Below, in pieces: positions 37,691 to 46,902 of a DNA stretch of 64,000 bases. The translations under genes were made by a program, and so were the position numbers. Position 1 is the first letter of the stretch. Each line of letters opens with the position of its first letter. The stretch spans positions 32,001 through 96,000 of the forward strand of contig SDNP01000003.1 in NCBI GenBank assembly GCA_004524445.1, read 5' to 3'. This DNA comes from Candidatus Thorarchaeota archaeon (GTDB lineage Archaea; Asgardarchaeota; Thorarchaeia; Thorarchaeales; Thorarchaeaceae). The notes beneath the pieces were generated by a model that saw only the letters and a list, made by a program, of their open reading frames with translations, was not told the origin of the DNA and did no database searches.

Positions 37691-38218
37691 TTAGTCCACC
37701 AAGGCGCTGATATTGCTGATCCACCAGGCACCTCTTTTGCCCGCTCTCTCGCCCCGCTCGAATTCCAGTACCTCAGTACCGAGAATTTCTTCAGCGTTTT
37801 CGTTGAGCTTGGAGATCCTGTCGTGAATTGTACGTCTCTTAGTCTCATCATCCAGTAATTCATCTGCGAGTTCTGGAGTCGTTGCTCCCTTATGCTGAAG
37901 AAAGTAGGCGAGAATCTGTCGATCAAGGTCATCTCTGCATACTTCTTTCCGGACCTTGTCGGTCAGATCTTGTCGATAGATACTTGTTCCCCGTGCCTCT
38001 TCCAAGTGCTTAACACGCAGCTTGAGTTCATCAACATCATCGAGTAGATCGAGAACGACTGGAGGAATCTCTTTGTCTAGGCGCCACAAAAGAGCCTCTA
38101 GAATGAACCGTTGACGTCCATTGGGTCCGGCGGCCAGATCAATTCTCTCAAGTACGTCGCGTGGAATTCGAATTCTGACATTTACAAGCTCGGTCTCATC
38201 ATATTCAGACAACGGCAT
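37691..38218 (-). CDS. Putative regulator: ribbon-helix-helix + coiled coil + winged helix
   Basis: VRIRIPRDVLERID..RQRFILEAL; LDDVDELKLRVKHLE; DRQILAYF..GATTPELAD. Confidence 0.75.
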   Translation of the reverse strand: MPLSEYDETELVNVRIRIPRDVLERIDLAAGPNGRQRFILEALLWRLDKEIPPVVLDLLDDVDELKLRVKHLEEARGTSIYRQDLTDKVRKEVCRDDLDRQILAYFLQHKGATTPELADELLDDETKRRTIHDRISKLNENAEEILGTEVLEFERGERAGKRGAWWISNISALVD

Positions 38219-38319
38219 ACCTCAAGTACAACTGCTACAACAAATCACTAAATATAGAATACAGGAAAAAGCCTTTCCTTCGCTTGGCACCGACGACACA
38301 GTTATAAAATGAGACCCTA

Positions 38320-38571
38320 TTGGTGCGAACTCAGAGAGAAGTGAGCCATATGGTCAACAAGATGAAAGCTCTTGAAAGAAAGAGAACAGTCCTGAGAAAC
38401 AGACAAAATCCTAGCGTCATTGACTATCGCCAAATGAGACGGGCCCGAACTCTCAAGTCAAAGTACTGGTCAATGAGAAGGAAGATAGCACGGCGTAGCG
38501 TCCCACAAATTCTGACCACCAAGAGAGACACGACCAAAAAGGAGTCCGAACTCGAAGTCATCGATGAGTAG
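38320..38571 (+). CDS. Small basic hypothetical protein
   Basis: 83-aa R/K-rich ORF, TTATAAA upstream. Confidence 0.5.
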   Translation: MVRTQREVSHMVNKMKALERKRTVLRNRQNPSVIDYRQMRRARTLKSKYWSMRRKIARRSVPQILTTKRDTTKKESELEVIDE

Positions 38572-38708
38572 AACTACTCCAGTCATGTGCGGTTAGTATA
38601 ATATGTAGTTGATTCGGTTCACTTATTATTTGTATATAGTATCCTTCTTGCCACTGGGAAATAGCTTATCAAGGATAAGACCGACTCAGTATTCAGGCAG
38701 GTCTCAAA

Positions 38709-41120
38709 ATGTCGAAGGTCATTACATCTGCTTTACTGGTTCTTCTATTTAGTATGGTAATCGTACCTTTTGTTCCAACAGAAGGTATCCAAAAATATTC
38801 ACCTGAATCATCTCCACTGAATGTGGCAGATGAAGTGGTAGCCGGCAAGGTGCTTGTTGACGAGTCGCATACATCTCGTGGGTCTGATATGTGGACACCG
38901 GGAAATGCATCAATATTCGGATGGATTCTGATGGAACATGGATACAATGTGTTCAATAATTTTGACCAAGCTCTTGATAGTGGACTGTTGTCAGACTATG
39001 ATATACTATGTTTGTTCTTCCCCCAGATTCAACTAACATCCGCAGAAGTAACTGCAATACAGAATTTCGTTAGCAATGGAGGCGGACTTCTACTGGTTGG
39101 TGTTGACCATCGAGAAACAGTCAGCAACTACACAGCAGCATATATGAATCCGATTTCAGAGGATTATGGCATTTCATTCAATGAAGACGACATATTGGGG
39201 AGATCTCTCAGAAGTGAGGGAGAGATTGAAGACCATTTCATTACCACAAATGTTGATTCTTTCACGTCAAATAATGACCTGCTCTATGGATGTTCATTGG
39301 ATGTTACCAGTCCAGCTACAAGCCTAGGTACAATCGAGGGCGAAGATATGCTTGCAATTCATGATACGGGGACAGGAAGAGTTGTAGCTGTCGGTTCCCC
39401 CGCAACCTTCATGCAGTATTATACCGAAGAGGGTTGGCTTGTAGATGAGATGGATCATTTTGAGCTGTCTCTAAATATAATAGACTGGCTGATGCAAGGA
39501 GAACAACGTACTGTTGAACTTCCAGACCGGGCAGTAATCAAAATCGGAGATGGGCCTGATTTGAGCCCTGCCGAGTTAGAGAATTACAAGCCATTCATTG
39601 GACAATATCATGACCATACCACCAGAAGTGATGGACAGGACAGTCCTCAAGATATGATGATTGCGATGCTTGACAACAGCTTGGATTGGAGTGTTATGAC
39701 AGACCATTCTTATGAGAATGCTGCCAAGAACGGAGTCTTCGGTGGTCTTGATATGAGGGCAATGGAGCTGGAATATGGTCTCGATGTTAAGATGGTGGTT
39801 GGAGCTGAACTCTCCGCAATTCCACATACAGTTGGATTTCCGTTGACTGAGCAAATATACACCACGTCTACTCAAGATGCAGTCGATGCCATACATGCGC
39901 AGGGCGGAATCGCAAGTTTCTGTCATCCAACAATCTCACAAACCTATGTACCTGTCTGGGAGCGGATGGATGAATACGGATATGATGCATTTGAGGTGGA
40001 TAACAGCGGCTTCCTACACGGACTAGGCGAGAAGGCATATTTCATGCCGTTCTTGGGTGCCAATGACGGTCATGCTGCAAGAAAAGTCGCTACTGTCATG
40101 AACGTAGTCTTTATTGATAATCCATCAGGTGAAGATGGCAAAGTAACCAATGATGAGCTTATAGAGGCAGTGTTAGAGAGAAGAGTTGTTGTTCTCGATA
40201 AAGTCAACAACTTGATTCTCGGTGAAGGTATCTGGGTTGACGAGTTCCTGAATCTCTGGGACGAAGCGAATAGCACCATCCAGGCAGCTGAAGATATCAT
40301 ATCAGTGTTGGAGAGCGGTGATGACGGAATTTCTTTGGCTAGAAGCTATTTGGAGAAAGCGAAAGATGCGTTCGCCGATTGGAACCCATCAAGAGCTATC
40401 AAACTCGCTGAGAATGCGGTCTCTGATTTCATTCTCGGTATTGACATCACCCTTCCCGACTCAATTGGCCCGTTGAATCCAAATGCAGAGACCACTGTTA
40501 GTGTCGAGCTGGAAAACAGACATGGATACGGGATTGAAGTAAACTGCACACCCTTCGTGACAGAGTCCTACGAATTCGACCAAGGAAGCTATGCAATTTC
40601 CGCGAGCGCCGGGACAATAGGAACTACAGACATGACGGCACAGACATCAGCCTTCGGTTATACCTATACGATGCTCAATATTAGGGACCTTAATGAAACT
40701 GCAGATATCAGACCGATTCTTATGGAATTCGGAGGACTCATAGAAAACATCACGGAAAGCACAGAAGCGGTTGCGGAAGGTTATGATCTCACCCTAGAGC
40801 TGTTGATGAATCGCGGCGGTTCTACAAGAATTTCCAGCGTCAAACTGGCCTTCAATGATGGAGATACCGAGCAGACCATAGATATGGAGAATCTCGGACG
40901 TAGCTATGCCGCAACATTGGGCCCATATCCCTCAGGCACTAATGTCAGCTACACCGTAACTGTAACAGACAAGTTGGGCAACATCTATGTGATGGGAGAA
41001 TATGTCGCAGATATCACCCCAGAAGCCGCAGCACCTGACATACTACCCTTTGCTGTTGTAGGCATAGGTGTTGTAGCTCTTGTGGCAATCATAGTAGTAT
41101 TCTGGAAGAAGCGAAGCTGA
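38709..41120 (+). CDS. Secreted, C-terminally anchored protein: GIFT/DUF4350 + PHP-like domain + beta-rich domains
   Basis: Signal peptide; VLVDESH..FVSNGGGLLLVG; PHP motifs HDHTTRSDG, TDH, HP, NDGH; C-terminal TM + KKRS. Confidence 0.85.
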   Translation: MSKVITSALLVLLFSMVIVPFVPTEGIQKYSPESSPLNVADEVVAGKVLVDESHTSRGSDMWTPGNASIFGWILMEHGYNVFNNFDQALDSGLLSDYDILCLFFPQIQLTSAEVTAIQNFVSNGGGLLLVGVDHRETVSNYTAAYMNPISEDYGISFNEDDILGRSLRSEGEIEDHFITTNVDSFTSNNDLLYGCSLDVTSPATSLGTIEGEDMLAIHDTGTGRVVAVGSPATFMQYYTEEGWLVDEMDHFELSLNIIDWLMQGEQRTVELPDRAVIKIGDGPDLSPAELENYKPFIGQYHDHTTRSDGQDSPQDMMIAMLDNSLDWSVMTDHSYENAAKNGVFGGLDMRAMELEYGLDVKMVVGAELSAIPHTVGFPLTEQIYTTSTQDAVDAIHAQGGIASFCHPTISQTYVPVWERMDEYGYDAFEVDNSGFLHGLGEKAYFMPFLGANDGHAARKVATVMNVVFIDNPSGEDGKVTNDELIEAVLERRVVVLDKVNNLILGEGIWVDEFLNLWDEANSTIQAAEDIISVLESGDDGISLARSYLEKAKDAFADWNPSRAIKLAENAVSDFILGIDITLPDSIGPLNPNAETTVSVELENRHGYGIEVNCTPFVTESYEFDQGSYAISASAGTIGTTDMTAQTSAFGYTYTMLNIRDLNETADIRPILMEFGGLIENITESTEAVAEGYDLTLELLMNRGGSTRISSVKLAFNDGDTEQTIDMENLGRSYAATLGPYPSGTNVSYTVTVTDKLGNIYVMGEYVADITPEAAAPDILPFAVVGIGVVALVAIIVVFWKKRS

Positions 41121-41303
41121 TGCTTCGTTTCTTACCGGAAATGATAGAGTCACAGGAATCAAGTCGCCTGTCTGTACTCCATGCCTCAGCACGAAAGCAA
41201 ATTTGACATGGAACCTATACTGCAGCTAGTGTATTAGAAGAATAAAAAAGCACTTATTTGATTAATGTAGCATTAGTCATATCTACATAGAGAGGTGTGA
41301 GAT

Positions 41304-41600
41304 TTGAAATTTGTGCTATTTTATGAATCCGAGGATTTGGTAGAAGAACAGAAGAAAATGAAGCGTTTTGATGAAGTATGGAAGAATCTGGCAAAAGAGA
41401 GAGATGTGACTATGAAGCCAATAACACCACCCTTTGCGTATCCCGATTTGACAGGCGCGATTCAGTTGGTTGAGGCGGAGAACATTGAAGACATAATAGC
41501 CCTCGTATCATATTACTATGATGTGGGACGATTCAGCGTTCAACCAATAGTAGAGATGGAGCAAGCTTTGGAGGTATTCAATAAAGTATCAGAGCTTTAA
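41304..41600 (+). CDS. Small DUF3303/muconolactone-isomerase-like protein
   Basis: MKFVLFYE..GAIQLVEAEN..FSVQPIVE; GAGGTG Shine-Dalgarno. Confidence 0.65.
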   Translation: MKFVLFYESEDLVEEQKKMKRFDEVWKNLAKERDVTMKPITPPFAYPDLTGAIQLVEAENIEDIIALVSYYYDVGRFSVQPIVEMEQALEVFNKVSEL

Positions 41601-41613
41601 GGGGAATATTAGT

Positions 41614-41723
41614 AGCGCTTCGGCAAATGAAAGCTCCCCGTTCGGAACCGCAGTTACCCCTATGTTAGGTTCTCTGCGGTTGGATTTGCTTGGTTTCCCT
41701 TAGCTTAGAGGGACAGCAACGCT
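41614..41723. ncRNA. Candidate structured non-coding RNA of unknown family
   Basis: Several stems in an intergenic gap: AACCGCAG/CTGCGGTT with inner CCTA/TAGG; TTGCT/AGCAA with inner TCCCT/AGGGA. Confidence 0.4.
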
Positions 41724-41817
41724 TTAGTGAAGTGATGGTTTACCTAGATGCACAGAATGTTGAATTCAAGTACAATCTGGGTGTCTGATTCGAAGACTGT
41801 GGGATGGTGCAACATCA

Positions 41818-42648
41818 TTGACTAACCTTGCCGATATCATTCAATATCTTGAAACAATCGCTCCATTGGACCACGCTCTGCAGGGGGAATTACGAGGTAT
41901 TCAGGTGGGTCCGCAAACCAAGATTGAGCAATCCAAAACAACAATAAACAGAGTTCTGATCGCAACCTATCCTTCATCCAGAATCGCAGCGATGGCTAGC
42001 CAAGACAAAGCCAACCTCGTTATCTGTTATAGACCTCTCTTTGCTGCGCCAATCTCATCTCTTAGTGGAACTGACTTGGTCAAGGTGAGACTTCTTTCAA
42101 AGAATTATATCTCGGTGTATGCAATCAGTAGTTCATTTGTTGGTGCACAAGATGGTCTTAGCGACGCTCTGATACAGAAACTGGGTCTGAGGAATATCCG
42201 CGATTTCTTATCTAGAGGGGCAAAAATGGATGTAGTTCGTGCCGGGGCAATATGTACCCCGCCCGAAGAAACAAATCATTCAGGCTTCGCCAACGACATT
42301 GCGACAAAATTGGACATAAGCAATGTGCAATTTACAGGCGATTTGGATGCTGATGTAAATCATTTAGTGGTAGTTGCTGGAAATCATTTTGGGGAAGAGG
42401 ACATCTATAGGGCAAAGGAGGAGGGGGCGGATACTGCTCTCACGGGAGAAGTAATACCGGGTATCAGAAGATTAGCCCATGAAAAACAATTGAATCTTTT
42501 TGAAATCCCTCCATTTGCGACAGAAAACCCGGGTATGAATCGCCTTAGACATCAGCTTAGTTTGGAATTCTCCGACCTAAAAATAACCTACTCGGAATCG
42601 GAATCATTCACAGATTTTCTCAGGCCATATTCTGAATCCATGGCATAG
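41818..42648 (+). CDS. Nif3/YbgI (DUF34)-like protein, degenerate metal site
   Basis: IIQYLETIAP, GIQVG, TGE, FATENPGM; conserved His residues replaced. Confidence 0.8.
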   Translation: MTNLADIIQYLETIAPLDHALQGELRGIQVGPQTKIEQSKTTINRVLIATYPSSRIAAMASQDKANLVICYRPLFAAPISSLSGTDLVKVRLLSKNYISVYAISSSFVGAQDGLSDALIQKLGLRNIRDFLSRGAKMDVVRAGAICTPPEETNHSGFANDIATKLDISNVQFTGDLDADVNHLVVVAGNHFGEEDIYRAKEEGADTALTGEVIPGIRRLAHEKQLNLFEIPPFATENPGMNRLRHQLSLEFSDLKITYSESESFTDFLRPYSESMA

Positions 42649-42662
42649 CCATTCAGCCGCCA

Positions 42663-43547
42663 TCAAGAGGGTTTGCGAATCATGACTACATTCTTGTTCT
42701 CAGCACAACCCACATGCCCTGCAACAGGAGCACACTTCGTTCTCATTATATGAACAGTGGGAGCCTTTGGCTCAAACTCAGTCATACTCTCGAAGTTTCC
42801 CATTCCTTTTGCCACGACTAATTCTGCATTTTCTAGCATCTCCAAAAAGGATTCTGAATTGCGTTCACGATTGACCCCAATGGCAGGAGCACCCGTATCA
42901 ATTACTGCGTCAGCATAATCTGAGAGACCTACAGCTTCAGCATCTTCTCTTGTGGCATCATTTAGAATTGGGCCGCCCTTTACTACGGCATAGACTTCTG
43001 TTCCGAGTCGTTTCATCTCTCGAATTAGAATCATATCCAAGACAACCTCTCCAGCATTATCCATCAGATACAATGCAGCATTTGCATTCTTACAGTAGTT
43101 GTAAAACGCCTCTACCTCATCAACAGCGAGATCTTCTTCCACATTGTGAACAATTTCCTTCAACTCATCAAGACTGAACTCACGACCAGATACATCGAAT
43201 TCGATAGAATTAGCCGCAGCAGCAATCAAGGCAGCTTTTCTGAATTTGCTTCTTGCATCATCTTCATTATCTACAATCTGCAGTAGCTCGGGTAAGATAC
43301 TCAACGCCATCTTATTGGACAGCTGCTTCAACTCTGCATAGGGGTCTTTGCCAGTCATTTTCTGTACAAGAAGATCCCTCTCGGTCCCAATATGACTGGG
43401 TACTGAGTCGGGGCCAAAATTCTCACCAAGCATTTTGAGCATCTCACGTGCAACTTCCATCTGAAGCTCAGGATCATCTGATGCCAACTTGGTCTGCTTT
43501 ATTGCTCGTTCAAGAAGACAGTGGGCACACTGAAGAGATACCTTCAT
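42663..43547 (-). CDS. DUF89/ARMT1-like damage-control phosphatase
   Basis: CAHC, DPY, DNAGE, ILNDAT, AKGMGNFES, KC. Confidence 0.9.
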   Translation of the reverse strand: MKVSLQCAHCLLERAIKQTKLASDDPELQMEVAREMLKMLGENFGPDSVPSHIGTERDLLVQKMTGKDPYAELKQLSNKMALSILPELLQIVDNEDDARSKFRKAALIAAAANSIEFDVSGREFSLDELKEIVHNVEEDLAVDEVEAFYNYCKNANAALYLMDNAGEVVLDMILIREMKRLGTEVYAVVKGGPILNDATREDAEAVGLSDYADAVIDTGAPAIGVNRERNSESFLEMLENAELVVAKGMGNFESMTEFEPKAPTVHIMRTKCAPVAGHVGCAENKNVVMIRKPS

Positions 43548-43601
43548 GATTTTTCTCCAAGCTGTGGCGGAAACGATAGCTGAAAAACCATATGGAAGAG
43601 G

Positions 43602-44285
43602 CTACTTGAGAATAGGTCGAATTAAATCCTTGAGGACTTCTTCGGGTGAATCAGCCTTTGCTACTGCGGATGCCAATAGAACCCCCTGTGAGCCCAATTT
43701 GAGAGCAGACTCCACATCATCACCAGAGCCAATCCCTGCTCCACAGAGTATAGCCGTCTTTTCATTGACTTTTCTGATTTGCTCGACTGTTCCGCTGATG
43801 ATTTCTGGCTGAGCCTGAGATACTGAGATTCCAGTTCCAATAAGCTCTGGAGGTTCGACTGCAACAGCAGAGGGGTTCATAGTTGCAGCGGCAACGCTAA
43901 CAACGGGATTATTGGTGCAAACAATCGTATAGAGATGAAGTTCCTCTGCCTTTCTGATGCTAGCCTCAATGTCGGCCAGTTGCATGCGATTCTCAGAGTG
44001 ATTAAGAAGTGTGCCTGAACATCCTGATTCGACCAATGCCTCGCCCAATACATGCCCGGTAAATCGTCCTGGATCTCCAGGGGCCATATGTTGTGCGAAG
44101 ACAGGAATATCTACTGCTCGCGATACACGATATAAATCGGGAGCCTGAGGGGCAACAACAATAGATACATCGAATTCCTTTGCAATTCTCTCGCAAGATT
44201 GTGCAATTAGAACTGCCTTTTCACCAGTAGCCTGAGGATATGTTTTGAAATTAATTGCAATGACAGGGAGGTCTATGTCTACCAT
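43602..44285 (-). CDS. tpiA: Triosephosphate isomerase, archaeal type
   Basis: INFKTY, NHSE, AVEPPELIGTG, GVLLAS. Likely start MVDID at 44285. Confidence 0.96.
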   Translation of the reverse strand: MVDIDLPVIAINFKTYPQATGEKAVLIAQSCERIAKEFDVSIVVAPQAPDLYRVSRAVDIPVFAQHMAPGDPGRFTGHVLGEALVESGCSGTLLNHSENRMQLADIEASIRKAEELHLYTIVCTNNPVVSVAAATMNPSAVAVEPPELIGTGISVSQAQPEIISGTVEQIRKVNEKTAILCGAGIGSGDDVESALKLGSQGVLLASAVAKADSPEEVLKDLIRPILK

Positions 44286-44367
44286 GATACTCCATCCAAT
44301 ATGCATGAAAGAATTGGTTCTTTCAGGAAACAGGCAGGTCTGTGCCCACCTATTAAAGTTGCTTTCC

Positions 44368-44919
44368 TTATCTGGCAGCGCCGATGAGCAATTTGAGTGT
44401 AGGTACCCTCGCATATCCTCGTCGGTTCAGATTAGTGATTGGTTTTCGAAGCTCTATCTTAACAAACTTGCCCGGTCCCGGATCTTTGTAATACTTTAGG
44501 TAAATCTCCGAGAATTTTTCAAACGAGGGGGCATCAAGAAGTTCCTGCGTTACATCGTTTGCAATTCTAATGAATACATCCTCTTCCGGAGATGTCCCTG
44601 ATTCAATTTTTACTTCACCCATTGATTCCTTCGTAACATGGAACCTTTCGCCCATAGTCATAAATTCGAGTGAGAAATGATCAGGCGCCTCAATGCTATC
44701 TGCCCAAACGGGTTCTGTCAGCAAATACTTGAGTCGATCTTGTAGAGATGAATGGTAGGGAATAGTTTCAGCGGGGGTACTAGGCGCCTCTTGCTGTGGC
44801 AGTTCAGGTTCAGCAGGTGTTTCTTCTTCTACCTCATCTTCCTTTTCTTCTACTTCGGCCTCTTTTTCTTCTTTCTCGTCTTCTTCCTTCTTTCCGAGTC
44901 CTAATAATCTTCTTAGCAT
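44368..44919 (-). CDS. Hypothetical protein, acidic N-terminus plus possible SCP2-like domain
   Basis: MLRRLLGLG then E/K-rich stretch, then alpha/beta region; GAGGA upstream of ATG 44919. Confidence 0.65.
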   Translation of the reverse strand: MLRRLLGLGKKEEDEKEEKEAEVEEKEDEVEEETPAEPELPQQEAPSTPAETIPYHSSLQDRLKYLLTEPVWADSIEAPDHFSLEFMTMGERFHVTKESMGEVKIESGTSPEEDVFIRIANDVTQELLDAPSFEKFSEIYLKYYKDPGPGKFVKIELRKPITNLNRRGYARVPTLKLLIGAAR

Positions 44920-45049
44920 CGTGGTATTCCTCATTTTTTGTCCGATTGAGTAGCAGTTCAAATTCTATTGTCAATCATGAATCTTCATTAATTATGGAGT
45001 TGGAATTGCTCACACAAAAACATACTTCAGTTGTACTCACTGAAGAATT

Positions 45050-45289
45050 CTACTTGACTGGCTGTATTTTTGATGTGGCTTCAAGAGGGGATAATTTATC
45101 CAGCTGCGCCACCAGTGGAACTGTGCTTGTTCTAGTATTCTGCCCCCAAAGCTCATCTACGAGAAGGTCTCGAATGGCAATTCGAATGACTTCTGACCGA
45201 TTTGGATACATGCCCTCGTTAATCAACCTGTCAACACCTTCAACATACGATTCAGGCATGCATATCGTTACGACTTTCATGTAGACCAA
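45050..45289 (-). CDS. Ribbon-helix-helix regulator (CopG/CdrS-like)
   Basis: VVTICMP..VEGVDRLINEGMYPNRSEVIRIAIRDLL. Confidence 0.88.
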   Translation of the reverse strand: MVYMKVVTICMPESYVEGVDRLINEGMYPNRSEVIRIAIRDLLVDELWGQNTRTSTVPLVAQLDKLSPLEATSKIQPVK

Positions 45290-45362
45290 CTTCGTGAAGG
45301 AGCTTATTCGTAATTAAACGGTGTCTGATTGCTGTGGGTACTGGGGTAATACTAGGTCACAT

Positions 45363-46406
45363 TTATGGAGTTTCAAGGACTATTTTTCCAAATTGTTCAC
45401 CATTTTCTAGGATTTTGTGGGCTTCGCTAGCCTTTGATAAGGGCAAAGTTCGGTCAATGACGGGCTTTAGTTTGCCTGCCCATATTAAGTCCAGTACATC
45501 GCGTAATTCAGAACGGCTAGCCATGGTACTGCCCAGAATCTCCAACTGATTCCAAAACACAAGGTTAACATTTGTTACAGCTTTTTGACCTGAAGTTGCT
45601 CCACAAGTAACCAAACGACCGCCCTTTTTCAGACTACGAAGGCTCTTCTGCCAAGTCGCTTCTCCAACAGAGTCGAAAACGACATCCACACCACGTGAAT
45701 TAGTCTTGCTCCATATCTCCTTATGGAAATCTGGCTTGTCGATGTAGTTTATGCCATAATCGGCACCCATTCTTTCAGCTTTTTTGAGTTTTGCATCCGA
45801 TGAGCTGGTTACAAAGACTGTTGCTCCGGTGACTTTTGAGATTTGCAGTGCTGCAAGAGCTACACCGCCCCCAATTCCGATAATGAGTACTTTTTGACCT
45901 GGCTTCACTCTAGCTTTAGTTATCATTAATCGCCACGCAGTCATGAAAGTCAATGGCACAGCGGCAGCTTCTGAAAAAGTTAGATCCACAGAATCAGGAA
46001 TGGGTATTATATTCTCATGATGGATCCCAAATAGCTCAGCATAGCCCCCTCTAACATGTTCTCCGATAATCTGAAAATCGGGGCATAGCGATTCCTCTCC
46101 TCTGATGCAAGCGTGACAACTACCGCAGGATAAAGCCGGATCAACTATGACTCGTTGGCCTTCTTTTATGGATGACGGCACTTGTTCACCCGTTTCTTTG
46201 ACAACTCCTGATATGTCGCTTCCAAGAATATGAGGCATCTCTAACTCGATTCCCGGAATGCCATTCCTTACAAAGAGGTCCAGATGATTCAGTGCCACTG
46301 CTTTTACATCGATTATAACGGAGTTAGGTTGAACCTTGGGTTCCTCTATCTCTGTGTATTCTAATACCTCGGGTCCACCGTGTTTGTGAAATAATGTCGC
46401 CTTCAT
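45363..46406 (-). CDS. Zinc-binding MDR dehydrogenase / quinone oxidoreductase
   Basis: ALNHLD, CGSCHAC..C, GIGGGVA, CGATSG, FGKIVL. Confidence 0.9.
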   Translation of the reverse strand: MKATLFHKHGGPEVLEYTEIEEPKVQPNSVIIDVKAVALNHLDLFVRNGIPGIELEMPHILGSDISGVVKETGEQVPSSIKEGQRVIVDPALSCGSCHACIRGEESLCPDFQIIGEHVRGGYAELFGIHHENIIPIPDSVDLTFSEAAAVPLTFMTAWRLMITKARVKPGQKVLIIGIGGGVALAALQISKVTGATVFVTSSSDAKLKKAERMGADYGINYIDKPDFHKEIWSKTNSRGVDVVFDSVGEATWQKSLRSLKKGGRLVTCGATSGQKAVTNVNLVFWNQLEILGSTMASRSELRDVLDLIWAGKLKPVIDRTLPLSKASEAHKILENGEQFGKIVLETP

Positions 46407-46531
46407 TGTGACACCTCAAATTAAAGAATATAGGTAGAGAACAACAAAAAAGGCTTTCATATAGTATTCCAGCATCAACTGTGGGATTTCAGCTTTCACC
46501 AAAGATAAAACCAACCGATTTCTGATAGAAC

Positions 46532-46828
46532 TTGGTGAAAACTTTGGGAAAAGGCGGAAAAGTTCGAGCTAGTCACATACTGGTTGATAAGCACAGCAAA
46601 GCACTTGATATCATCAAGAAAATACAAGAGGGCGAAAAATTCGAAACCATGGCAAAGAATCACAGCGAATGTCCATCTAGGAAAAAGGGTGGGGATTTAG
46701 GCTGGTTTGGGCGTGGTCAGATGGTCAAGGAGTTTGAGAGAACAGTCTATGATATGAATGTCGGACAAATGACTCATGAGCCAGTAAAGACAAAATTTGG
46801 CTATCATGTCATAAAGAGAACTGGTTAG
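46532..46828 (+). CDS. Parvulin-type peptidyl-prolyl isomerase
   Basis: VRASHILV, SECPS..KGGDLG.F..GQMV.EFE, KTKFGYHVI. Confidence 0.95.
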   Translation: MVKTLGKGGKVRASHILVDKHSKALDIIKKIQEGEKFETMAKNHSECPSRKKGGDLGWFGRGQMVKEFERTVYDMNVGQMTHEPVKTKFGYHVIKRTG

Positions 46829-46862
46829 AATATATTCTAACGACCTCCCTTAGAATACCTAT

Positions 46863-46891
46863 GAAAGGGGGACGAGAAGGTCCCACCTTTC
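46863..46891. terminator. Hairpin between convergent parvulin and fbp genes
   Basis: GAAAGG-GGGAC / GTCCC-A-CCTTTC. Confidence 0.5.
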
Positions 46892-46902
46892 CTATACGGT
46901 CT

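Noticed and set aside
37107-38571. Possible integrated element at the tRNA pair
   Set aside because: No integrase and no duplicated tRNA 3' end; the two tRNAs are distinct full genes.
41601-41723. Cobalamin, glycine or c-di-AMP riboswitch, or 5S rRNA
   Set aside because: Only fragmentary resemblance (e.g. AAGGGAA); core conserved motifs are absent or in the wrong order.
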